Source: Zygophlyctis sp. KS116
Lineage: Eukaryota > Fungi > Chytridiomycota
DNA length: 32,000 bases
Direction of reading: 5' to 3'
Assembly (NCBI GenBank): GCA_054661495.1
Contig: BAAFSQ010000003.1
Coordinates: forward strand, 30,001-62,000
The position numbers and the translations under genes are program-made. Under the pieces are notes generated by a model. That model saw only the letters and a list, made by a program, of their open reading frames with translations, was not told the DNA's origin and made no database searches. Below are positions 13,633 through 24,884 of the stretch, piece after piece; positions within the stretch are counted from its first letter, which is position 1; each line of letters begins with the position of its first letter.

Positions 13633-14621
13633 TTACTTTTTCGATTGTATAGTTCTCATTCTTGCTTGAATTTTTCTATATTTTTCATTCATCTAGTCGT
13701 AAATTTAATAAAAAATACCGCTCTTGGAATATCTTTTGATATATTTCCATAAGATCTAGATTGCATATCCATTCCTTCCTCTGATCTCTTTGACAAAACA
13801 TCTCTGTAACTTGCAGACCTTTGAATAATAGGTCTAATCCATTTATCTACTAATTTCAAAGCTACAGATTGTATATCTTTCATAATTCTTGGATTTATAG
13901 TATAATGTTTCACAATCCTCCCAATTCTAGACGTCCTTAAATGATGTGTTTCAATTGGCATTGCATCTAAAATCAACAATAATTCCTTTTGAATCCGTAT
14001 ATTTGGAAAAGGAGCACCAGGTACTTCAAGTGGTTCTAGCCTAAACTTTTAGTAAAACGTCTTACCACAGTCTGACTCCATCCAAGATTGAGTTATCCAA
14101 AAACTGCGAATGAAGATGCCTTTTTTGCAAATTATCTAAAACAGTTGGCAATAATTTCATTTTTTTCAAACCTGGTTTATCTTGTTTAAGATCTTCTAAA
14201 TCCTGATACGCCGCTTCTCTCATCATATCCAAGAGAGCCGTCATTTTCTCATCCCATTCCTAAATTTCAGAAATATCATCCCTACCGACTCATCCTTCAA
14301 ATCTCTTCGTCTCCCTTTTGGTTTAATCCTTTCCAGCGCCTCATCAAAATCCTGTCTCGCCTGTTCTCTCTTTTGTTCCTCTGGACTTGAATCCTTTTGA
14401 ACCTGTTCCTCTTGAACATGAATTTTTGGTTTTCTTTTCTTTACAATTTTCTTTTCAGACTTTTCAATTTCAGACTTTTTCTTAAAACTTGGCAAGACTC
14501 TTTCCTTGTAAACTTCTTCATCTGAAGACCCAAACATATCCTCTAAATTCTCATTCTCCAGATCTTGCAAATTGTCCCCATCGTCTGAAGAATTCCCAAA
14601 GATTTCCTTTTCAAAATCCAT
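13633..14621 (-). CDS. IWS1: Transcription elongation factor Iws1/Spn1
   Basis: Acidic N-terminus; 'M.EAA..D...KPGLKKMKLLP', 'FLDNSIL..VRLWLEPL', 'SRIGRIV.HY', 'KLVDKWIRPI'. Three micro-introns. Confidence 0.9.
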
Positions 14622-14659
14622 AATTTCAAATGTAAAACCTTACCATTAGTCTTTCTTAC

Positions 14660-14726
14660 TGATTGTCTTGTTGATTGTCTTATGATCTGATGTTGTGCAA
14701 TCAGTCACTGCTAAAGTCACTGCTAA
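14660..14726. repeat. Short direct repeats in the divergent IWS1/TVP23 intergenic region
   Basis: TGATTGTCTT at 14660 and 14672; AGTCACTGCTAA tandem x2 at 14703-14726. Confidence 0.85.
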
Positions 14727-14816
14727 ATGCCAAACAGATCGTCACCTTTAACGGTAGTCTAATATGTCCGGAATCATGGAATCAACAGAGTAAAACCCTA
14801 CAGAGAAAGAATTAAA

Positions 14817-15506
14817 ATGCAACAAGAACTTGTACCAAATGCAGCTCCGTTTGCCATGGCTGACCAGACAAATATTCAAATAGGAGAACCACAGCCAACC
14901 ATTCTACAGCAGTCTTCACATCCAACCATTGTCTTGTTTCATTTATTGTTTAAAGCATTGGCGTTATTCTTTTATCTCTTTTCTTATTGGATTTATAGAA
15001 ATTATATTTTTGCTTTTGTACTAGTCATGCTATCTCTAGCTGCAGACTTTTGGACTGTTAAAAATGTGTCTGGTAGACTCTTGGTTGGACTCAGGTGGTG
15101 GAATGAAATAAAGGAAGATGGTATATTTAAAATTTTATAATTATTAGGAACTAGTTTATGGGTTTTTGAATCTAAAGAGACGCAACCAAATCCTATAGAT
15201 TCACGGATATTTTGGTGGTCATCCTATATTAATCTTGGAATATGGGCTGGAATGTGTTTAATGGCAGTTTTTGGATTAAAATTTATTTGGCTGGTACTTC
15301 CAGTGATTGGATTTATAATGAATGCTGCTAATGTTGTAGGATATACAAAATGTGACAAGGCAAGTATAATTTAGATTTAAAAATTATAGGACGCGAAAAA
15401 GAAACTTTCCAGTTATATTTCCACTCAGAGTCAAGGATGGGTTGGAAATATGGTGTCTAATCAGTTTAGTACAATGTTTAGCAATGATCAAAAGTTGCCT
15501 GTCTGA
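14817..15506 (+). CDS. TVP23: Golgi membrane protein Tvp23
   Basis: 'SSHP...FHLLFK', 'ADFWTVKNVSGRLLVGLRWWNEI..DG...WVFES', 'GYTKCDKDAK'. One GT-AG intron near 15121 and a probable GC-AG intron 15360..15389. Confidence 0.92.
15360..15389 (+). other. Probable GC-AG intron (30 nt)
   Basis: AAG|GCAAGT...TTATAG|GAC restores the conserved Tvp23 'CDKDAK'. Confidence 0.7.
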
Positions 15507-15549
15507 TTGTCTGATTGTCTGATGAAGGGTCTAGGAATAAAACTAAAAA

Positions 15550-18500
15550 ATGAATCTTGAGTCTGCAGTTTTGGCTGCATTAGATCCCAATACTCCGGAG
15601 CCAACTAAATCTCAAGCAATTTATGAATGTGACTTAATTAGACAATCTGCCGACGGTTGGAAAGTTTGTCTGCAGTTGCTCTCTGACGCTTCGCAAGATT
15701 CAATTAAATTCTTTTGTTGTCAAGTTCTCGAGGAAAGTCTTTTGCATCATAATAAAATAAGAGGACCGTTGTGGGAATGGATAAAGTGCAATTATTCTCT
15801 CTCGGATCCAGTATTTATAAGGAATAAACTCGCATTGTTGGTTATCTTGTCGTACAAGAATGAATTCAACTCTTGGCCAGATTTTTTTGATCAACTATTG
15901 GCTTTTGATATTAATTCTGATCTAAGAAGGATTGATTTATTTCTAAGGACTTGCGTGATTTTAGATGAGGAAATAACTAAAAAGGATAAATTAATGGCTG
16001 GTATAAAGGATCTAATGAGGGCTGATGCTGTGTCAAAACTGACTTGTAGTTGGGTTTCTATTCTAAATCTTCAGCAAGATGAATTATCTGCAGTCTGTTT
16101 GTCTTTATTTGGGAAATTTAGTACTTGGATTGATATAAACTTGGTAATACAGGGTCCGTTTTTGGGTATATTGTTTTCAAGTCTTGGGAATACAAGATTA
16201 AGAGTTGGGGCTTTAGAGGCTATTGTTGATATTATAGCAAAAGGAATGTCTGGGCAGGATAAGTTGGCATTGATTCATGGATTTGGATTATCTCTGCTAA
16301 TATCAAAATTTGGTATTCTCTTTTAAGTATTAACTTTAGAGTTGAAAAAGGATTTGGAATTCGATATTGCTATAGGAAAATTGGTTAATGCAATTTTTTT
16401 AGAAGTTACTATAGCTTTGGAAAATATACAATCTCTGGATCAATTCTTGCTTCCTGCTTTTGAATTATTAGATGGGATTTTTCCTGTCATGCTCCAATTT
16501 TTATCAAGAGAAGAAGAAGAGTTTCATGATATCTTTACAAGTCTATCAATACATCTAGCTTTTTTAAAGAAATTAAAGAAAACTTCTTATTATGGATCCT
16601 TGCCTCATATGAAGCAAAAAATGGAATCTCTTTTACGTGTTGTGGTTCTCAAGATGCGTTATCCGTTGGATTTTGATCCGAATGCATTTACTGAATCATC
16701 ACATGAAGAGGCTCAATTTAATCATTTTAGGCGTGTAAGTTTTTTTATTTAATTTCAAGGAGCTTAAAAGTCATTTCGATTCAATTGCAATTTTAGAGCC
16801 TAGCATGTTTATTGAAGCAGTTTCGAGAGCTGTTTGCTCAACATTTCAAAACTTTAGTTTCCCCAATAGTGGGATCTCTTGGTCAGACGTAGAGCTGTCA
16901 ATCTTTTTAGTTTTTATTTTGCATGAAGCTTCACAAGGTAATTACATTTATGTGGTTCCAAGTGGTGCAAATCAAGGTCAAAAGACACCTATTGCAGAGA
17001 TGTTGACTCTTTTGACAAATTCAAGTATGCTACTTTATCATTAACATAAACTAGATATATCCTCATATCCTCATCCTGCTATTTCCCCGATTTATTTTGA
17101 GACGATTGCTCGATATGCTTCATTTTTCGATGAATTTCCAGAAAATATACCAATCGTTTTGAATTCCTTTGTAGACAAAAGGTAGTATTAATATACTTAT
17201 TCTAGGGGCTTACAAAACCCAGATAGATTTGTTCGAAATCGAGTGCAATATCTCTTTTTACGATTTATTAAATCTTTAAAAGTTAAAATAACGACTTATG
17301 TGGGCGATTTATTATCAGCTGTTCATGTAAGCATTTTATTAACTTATATTAAAGGTCCATTTGGTTGTGGAAACTCCGTCTGTTGAAAAAGATTTTAGTC
17401 CGAGCTCAGGATCCTCATCTACCAGTCAGGTCAGGCCAGAATCTATCACATCAACTTTTGAGAGCCAGTTATACCTTTTTGAAGCAGTTGGTCGATTGAT
17501 TTTTTACGAGGTTGATTCTGCAAAGCAATGCGAATATTTATCGGTATTTTTTGATTCTTATATATATAGTTTGTTTTATCTCCGTTAATCTCACAAATAC
17601 AGGCTATATTTAATCGCCAGACTCCAGCTACAAATGAAGTAGATGTTTTGCACATTCATCATCTAATTGTTGCCATTGGAAGCACAGCGAAAGGCTTTCC
17701 AGATTTTAACGCTTCTGAAAAATCAACACCTTCTTGGCACCCAATATTCAGAGATGCATTCAAATTCATTATTCAAATTCTAGAAAATATGCAAAATCAA
17801 AACCTTATTTGTGAAGCTGTAAGATTCTCGTTGCAGCGCCTAGTTGGATGTATGGGATCGGATATTATGGTGGATGTTCTTCCAATTGTTAAGTCTGGCG
17901 TTTTAACAGGCGGATCAAATGGTTCTCCAAAGGACTTGATGGATTTCGTATCATTCTTGGGTGTTTTAATGTTCAAATTCAAAATTGAATTTTATTCAAT
18001 TCTGAATGAAATGATTATACCATTGCATGAACGATCTATATATTTAATCAATAAGGAACGGTTAGGGACAGATGATATGATTGAATCTCTTGAAGTCAAA
18101 AGAGCGTATTTATCTTTTTTGGGAAACATTTTAAACTCTGACTTGGAAATGGCCCTTACATCAGACTGTATTTTTTCAACTCTAAACTTTTAGTAAATTT
18201 GCCGTTGCTGAATTCAGCTCTGGACTTGCTCTTGCGGTCATTGGTTGATTTTTCTGACATTCAATGCCAAAAGATTGTTTGTGCAGTATTAGTAAAAATG
18301 GTTTCTACATGGGGAAACGATCCTGAAACTTGTGTGCCAGCAGATAAAGGATCTAAAAAGGGCACTCCTAGTCTAATCACTACAAAAAGACGACTTTTAC
18401 CAGGCTTTGATGAATTTATCTACAAGTCAATCATACCTATTCTTTTCAGAGTTCCCTTTGAAAAAAAGACTTTTAACCTGGATAATAACCAAATTCAAGT

Positions 18501-18708
18501 ATTTCTAACTGAATTAAGTAGTCTCCACAGGACTATTTATTTATCTCAGGGCTCTAAATACCTAAATTATTTAAACTCAATTGCATTCCCTTCTTATGGT
18601 ATACCTTTAGACTCTAGTACCAAATTCATATCTGCCCTTTCTACAATGGAACCAAAAAACTTTAAAAAGTTTTTGCAAGACTTTATAAAGATTCACCAAA
18701 AACCATAA
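15550..18708 (+). CDS. LOS1: Exportin-T (tRNA export karyopherin) Los1/XPOT
   Basis: 'FIRNKLA', 'WPDFF', 'IKDLMR', 'WIDINLV', 'ISSYPHP..FFETIARY..FF', 'SQLYLFEAVG', 'HHLIVAIGSTAKGFPD'. About 7 micro-introns. Confidence 0.85.
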
Positions 18709-18819
18709 AATCATTATTTCTGCACTGCTTCCTTGTTTGAGTCTAAAACTATATTGGACTTATGATCAAAGTTGCATTTGTTAAAATCATGAATTGATCA
18801 GGTATTAGATCAAAATAGA

Positions 18820-19170
18820 TTAGTCTCCATTCTTAGCATTAATACCAGCATCGGCATCGGTAGATACAGAATATTCTAAGATTAATACAATGGAAATACC
18901 CAATTTTTCTTGCTCTGATAGAGTCAAAAACTCAGCCTTCTTCAATGCATACCATTGTCTGATCCCTGTAAAACAATGACCGGGAGGATAGTCTACAAAC
19001 AATATAATATAAACTGACGATGCTAATGCTAAACCATGGCTGATTAATCTTAAAACTCTAGTGTATGGATGTGCATTGTTTGATCTTGGAGATAGAATCC
19101 TCCTTCTAAACTTTAGGAATCTAGGATTCTCAGCGACAACTCTCGGCACTGGCGTCTCATAATGGTTCAT
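18820..19170 (-). CDS. Small basic single-TM protein, possibly mitochondrial
   Basis: Arg-rich N-terminus, hydrophobic 'LISHGLALASSVYIILFVDY', then 'HCFTGIRQW'. Probable in-frame intron 18876..18899. Confidence 0.6.
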   Translation of the reverse strand: MNHYETPVPRVVAENPRFLKFRRRILSPRSNNAHPYTRVLRLISHGLALASSVYIILFVDYPPGHCFTGIRQWYALKKAEFLTLSEQEKLGISIVLILEYSVSTDADAGINAKNGD

Positions 19171-19230
19171 TTCAGTCAAGACTGTCAAGCCTACTCTCCG
19201 ATGAGTACGTCATCAGTTTCAGCATTTAAA

Positions 19231-19869
19231 ATGTCAAGATCGCTGCTCATAATTCAACCGCAAGTCAATCAAAAAGAGTCTGAAATCATTGATTCCCTAT
19301 TAACAAGAGGATATACAATTCTTGCTGTAGATTTACTTTTTTATTTAGTAATAGAGACGAAGAACCCTATTGGCCCATGATCAGGCCATAGATCTATTTC
19401 AGGCATTCATGACAGACTCAAAGTTTGATGATTTTATTAAAAATATTACTAGGTATATATTGATTTTTAATAGTAGCGGACCGATTCTCGGACTATTATT
19501 GTCAAGAAAAGGAATTCATTCAGATTTACAAGAGTTTTTAGGGACATTAGATGAGTCTATTCGTAATGGATTATATAAAAGCGATCAAGAATCTGCTCAA
19601 CGGGATATATTATTCTTTTTCCCAAATAGTAAGAATTATAAATTAATTATAGCATACTCTGAAAATTTACCGTCTTTTGATGTTTCTAAAACATTTATTG
19701 AAGATTCTGTATATCCCACATTATTAAAAGGATTAACAGAATTGGCAAAAGTTAAGCCTGCATCGCCAACTGTAATTTTTATAGAATTGATCTTTAGGTT
19801 TGGTTGGGGAATTGGTTAATGGATAATAATCCTCACAAGCCAATCATTCAAGAGCCTCTAGATTCTTGA
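19231..19869 (+). CDS. NME5/RSPH23-like NDK-domain + Dpy-30 protein (degenerate kinase)
   Basis: 'RSLLIIQP', 'ITSGPI', 'RNGLYKSD..SAQRDI.FFFP', then Dpy-30 'VYPTLLKGLTELAKVKPASP.VWLG.WLM.NNP.KP'. Introns 19327..19354, 19453..19476, 19629..19652 and one near 19772. Confidence 0.82.
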
Positions 19870-19898
19870 TTTTAATAAAAACTTTTACACATGTTTTG

Positions 19899-19940
19899 AT
19901 CTTGAAAGAGAATTTTTCCATCTTGAAAGAGAATTTTTCC
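19899..19940. repeat. Perfect 21-bp tandem duplication upstream of DNAI1
   Basis: ATCTTGAAAGAGAATTTTTCC at 19899-19919 and 19920-19940. Confidence 0.95.
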
Positions 19941-19949
19941 GAACGCGAC

Positions 19950-19960
19950 GACGCGAAAAA
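19950..19960 (+). promoter_or_regulatory. Candidate GACGCGAAAAA (SCB/MCB/E2F-like) element
   Basis: The same 11-mer lies in reverse at 10822-10832 and its 8-bp core at 7833-7840, each within 35 bp of a ciliary-gene ATG. Confidence 0.45.
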
Positions 19961-22126
19961 TGAAATCTCAACGCAAGCAAAAGGTTCTTTAAACGCTTTA
20001 ATATTAGACGACAGATGTAGGACTTGCTCAAAAAACATTATCATCTAATTCTATCAATGCTAATAACGCGGATGCAAATGCTGGAGATGATTGGCTTCCG
20101 GTATTGATTTTATGGTTAATAATAGCCAAAAACGTTACTGAAACCTTCCGGACAATTGGTTTTGACTGAAAAAGAATTGGATGAAGAAATCACTCGGATT
20201 TTGAATGCTAATAATCCTCATGCCGCACAAAACTATTCTAGATACAATCACAAGGAGCAAATATTTAAAACAGTGGCAAATATGGAACATCATACAATGC
20301 ATTTTGAATTTGATGGGTATTTGATCTATAAGGGTGATGAAGCTGTCGCCGCTCTTCCAGAAGGGAAAATTGACATGGAACAGATTAGAGGTTCAGTTGT
20401 GGCCCTTCCTACTGGTTATGTTCCATCTGAAGAGGGTGCTGGTGATGATTTGAAGCCTAAAAAGCCTCATAGAAATCAGTTTAATTTCAGTGAAAGAGCA
20501 GCGCAGACTGCAAATAATCCATACAGGGTAATATTTTATAAAGATTTATAAAAAGGAACGATCAACAAATACAGATCCTGCTCCAATGCGTATTTTCTCT
20601 CATAGTGTTAATCAATGGACTATTTATGATGCATATATTGAAGATTTACAACAAAAAGAAAAGCAATCAAAGGAAAAATCAAAAGTAAAAGTAAAAAATG
20701 TAAATATTAGGCTGCTCCACTTGGCGCCAAAGGTCATAAAGAAGATGAAAAACAAAATATTCTGCCGGCTGAAACTCATTCAGAAGATTTATATAATAAG
20801 AATCCAGAATTAAGAAAAATGCTGCTGATTATGGATAGAATGGTTAATCAAAATATTTTTGATGAAATTACTCAAGATTTTAAATACTGGGAAGATGCTG
20901 CAGATGAATTGGGAGATAAAAAAGGTATTTTTTGATTTATTTTAACCATTAAGCTGGAAGTTTACTCCCTCTCTGGAAATTTGTCTGCGATAGAGAAAAG
21001 AAAAAAACTGTTACATGTATGGACTGGAATCCTTTAAAGACTGATCTATTTGCTGTTGGTTATGGGTCTTATGATTTTTCTCGTCAATGTCCAGGTATTG
21101 TGGCCGTTTTTACTTTGAAAAATCCTTCTAATCCTGAATTTATTTATGTTACTGAATCAGGGGTAATGTGTCTGCACTTTCATCCACAACATCCTTCACA
21201 TTTGGCGGTTGGTCTTTATGATGGGACTGTTCTTGTATACAACTTACAGAACAAGACAGATTCTCCCATATATCGTTCTATAGCAAATAAAAGCAAACAT
21301 ACTGATCCTGTTTGGCAAGTTGTGTGGCAGAAAGATGATTTAGATGAAAACTTGAATTTCTATTCAATTTCTTCAGATGGTCGAGTGACGCAGTGGACAC
21401 TATTGAAAAATGAGCTCGTTCACTCTGATGCAATTTCTCTAACATATGAAGGGGAATCAGAAGGAGCTCTTAATGATAACTTATTTAGTATGGCAGGAGG
21501 CTGTTGCTTGGATTTCCACAAAACCATTGATCATATTTTTTTGGTTGGCACTGAAGAAGGTCAAATACATAAATGCTCCAAAGATTATAACAATCAATAT
21601 TTACTCACATTCGAGGTAATAAGCAATTGTATATAATTTTTCAGGGCCATCAAATGGCAGTTTATACGATCAAGTATAATCCTTTCAATAGCAACTATTT
21701 CCTTTCTGCAAGTGCTGATTGGACTGTAAAGCTATGGGATCAAAATGATCCGAAACCCATTATGACTTTTGATCTTAACTGTGCAGTGGGCGACGTCACA
21801 TGGGCTCCATATTCTTCTTCAATTTTTGCGGCAGTTACCACAGAAGGAAAGGTATGTAATACCTAAATAATTGCTAGGTTGTTGTATATGATTTGAATGA
21901 AAACAAATACGTACCAGTATGTGAACAGCAAGTTGTTCGAAAGGCAAAGCTTACCCATGTTGCTTTCAATCCTTTCGAACCGATTCTTCTGATTGGAGAT
22001 GATAAAGGAATTGTACAGAGCATGAAACTATCTCCAAATCTTCGGAAAAAACAAGGATCTGAGGAACAAGCCGATAAGATTGAAAGAATATTACTTACTG
22101 CTATGGGCAAATCTAGCAAACAATAA
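19960..22126 (+). CDS. DNAI1: Axonemal outer-arm dynein intermediate chain 1 (WD40)
   Basis: 'LTEKELDEEITRILNANNPHA', 'NQFNFSERAAQT', 'RMVNQNIFDEI.QDFKYWEDAADE', 'DLFAVGYGSYDF', 'KHTDPVWQV.W', 'FLVGTEEG.IHKCSK'. About 7 micro-introns. Confidence 0.93.
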
Positions 22127-22166
22127 TTATCCAAATTGTCAATTTTCCTAGAGAGAATAATAAATT

Positions 22167-24875
22167 TTATTTTGAACAGTATGTGTGTGATATTGTCTGG
22201 TCAACATTGTAATTAAACAAACTGGAAGATATTCTCTTATGGCAAATTGAACATCTCCTGTCATCCGTCAAGTTTATTTTACGGTTTTGCCTTTCTAGCA
22301 ACAAGCTTTGAGTCTATAAATGTAAGTTCAACGCACATACCTGCATCATATATGACTTGAGTAAGCTATGCTTCAATCTGTAATTATTCTTTATTTCAAG
22401 AATATTTTCAAAATATTTTTGGAAGTAAGTAAACAGCTGTACAAGTTTAAACGATTCTGGAAGAGAATTTAAGACCTTGGCATCATTATAAAACTTGTTA
22501 CCTTTTTTATATCCATTTTAGAACCGTATTTTTCAATATATTGAATCACATCATCGTCATCAGATTTAAGCTCAAAAAGAATATCAAATACGTGGCGAGA
22601 ATCTGGGTCTACAATCGAGTAAGTCCTTTCGCAATATCTAAACTTATAAGCTAAAAATATATACGTTTCAGCCGTCTCAAAACTGTTGAGTTCTTTCACA
22701 AGAATATGCAATGCTTCTCGATGCCGTTTGAGGTGACCTAAAACAGTTGATTTCTCCATTAAAAGATCTTGAAATGAATTTTTTTAAATTACCTCTCGAT
22801 GTGAAGAAATGCAAAACGTTAACTGGTCTATAGTATTTTGAGTTTTCTAAAAAATTCTGTAATGTCGGAATATGGCCTCCGTTTAGTGAATCTTTTGTAT
22901 TAAATTATTAAACTTTACCATTGGAAGAAGACAAGCTTGTGAGGCGATTCATGTCAACACCTCTCATCATTTTATCGATGTACTTTTCTACAAATTTCTC
23001 GTGCATTTGCGATGATTTATTGCCTAGAGTACGAATACAGTGATCAAGAAACAGAAATGAAAAATCTGGATGGACTCCATCCATATTATCCACGATTAGT
23101 TCCTGAATATTTTCAGTTATCTATGAGTTTTAATGATTTTATAAAAGACATACATTATCGAATCGCTCTACAAATATCTATAATAATTATCATAATAAGA
23201 TTATACCTTTATTCCCAATGAAACATCATTATCAGTAACCCATTTTGCAAACTCAAAAATTAAGTCAAGATGCTGTTTCATATCTAAATGCTGCAAATAA
23301 TCAACCATTTTCTGTAAATATTCCTCAGAATTAAGTCTTTTCCTTAATTTGTATGTAAAGATACCCTTTTAAGCGTTCTAAAGCCTTTCCATGCAACTTT
23401 TTGCCTTTAAAATATTCAATCAAATCATTCCATCTTTCCTTTTTTGATAAAATTCGCTCAACAACAGATTCTTCAATGTAATTACGAACACGAAACAATG
23501 ATCCCAAGAGAGAGTGATTCAATTCTAGATAAATCCTAAATAAAGCTGTATCTACTAACCCAGAAAGAACAATCAATTCATTTTCTGAATCAAATCCTTC
23601 CCCATCATACGTATCAACAATTGAATATGCTGATTCAGAAGCAGGAACTTCAGATCCAAACTCTGCATTCATTTTTTCTAATTGCCTTAATCTTCTAGCA
23701 ATACTTGCACGCTGCCTTGACAAATAATCCACCAAAACCAATAGAGTTTGTTTATCAACTTTACATTAAAAATAACAATTACTGTAAATTTCATCATCTG
23801 AACCTCCTAAAAAAAGATCAATACACGTTTTAGGAGACGCTTTAATTTCATCTAATAAATCCAAAGTCTTTCTAACATCCTTGAGTTCAACATATGCAAA
23901 AGTTGCATACTCCAATTGAATTTCTTTAAATCTTGATAATTTTAGAGTATCTGAAACATCTGAAGACGTCAACAACTCTTTAGCTAATTCATACTGATTT
24001 AAATCCAATAATTCCTGTATTTGATCTTGAATTGAATTCAGCGTTAATCTCCAAATAGTATGATCATCACAAATATAAGCAGGATTATTTAAATGAATTA
24101 TACTAGTCCCTGGAATTTCCAAAACTTGTACTAAATCTCCTGAATTTAAATTCCTAATTTCTATTGAATTTGCCAAACTTGCCATTAAATAAATCTGAAA
24201 AGCCACAATATTCACTGGTTTACTAGTCCATGTAACCACCCTGTTTTCTTTACTACCATTTTTATGAAAAAATAAACAAGTTTCTTCCCTTGTTATTATA
24301 ATATAGTCTCTAGAAATAGTCACTACTGGCCTTTTTTCCGTACTAAATCCAATCTTATTAAATCTTCCAGACCAAAATATCTGTCTTGATTCCCATGTAA
24401 CAATATCCAAGAGATAAAATCCCCCTTTTTCTTCTAATAAAACTAAATGTGAATCTATTGTCCATGCACGAGTATATTTCACACTTGTCCAACTTTCTCT
24501 CTTTACAATCATCTTGTTCCCATCAAAATCAACCAGAGATAATTTATCTCTTGTACACAGTAAAATAGTATAATCACTGATAACACAAAAAGAATACACA
24601 TTTTTCCATTCAAGCGTCAGTTCCAACTCTTCTCCCATCCAAAATAAATTCCTTTTACTCAATAGAAACAGTCCATCTCTAAAACTAGTCAGTCGAGGAG
24701 CTGAAAGAGTAATTTCACTTTTTAAATCTAATAAAAGCTCTGGTTCTAAACGAATAGAATAAACAAAAAGGAATTTATCACTAGAGACTGCTAGATATTT
24801 ACTAAAACTTGCAGAATCTAATATTTTAAACGTAGGATCTTGTCCAATCACTAGTAAATTAGCAACATTGTGCAT
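22167..24875 (-). CDS. VPS39: HOPS subunit Vps39/Vam6 (CNH + clathrin repeat + C-terminal Zn site)
   Basis: 'VDTALFRIY...LLGSLFRV.N', 'LIEYF..KKLH.KALE', 'HREALHILV.EL..F..AE.YC' and C-terminal 'CSICHKRI..S.F...H.YC'. Multiple micro-introns. Confidence 0.85.
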
Positions 24876-24884
24876 CCCAAAAAC

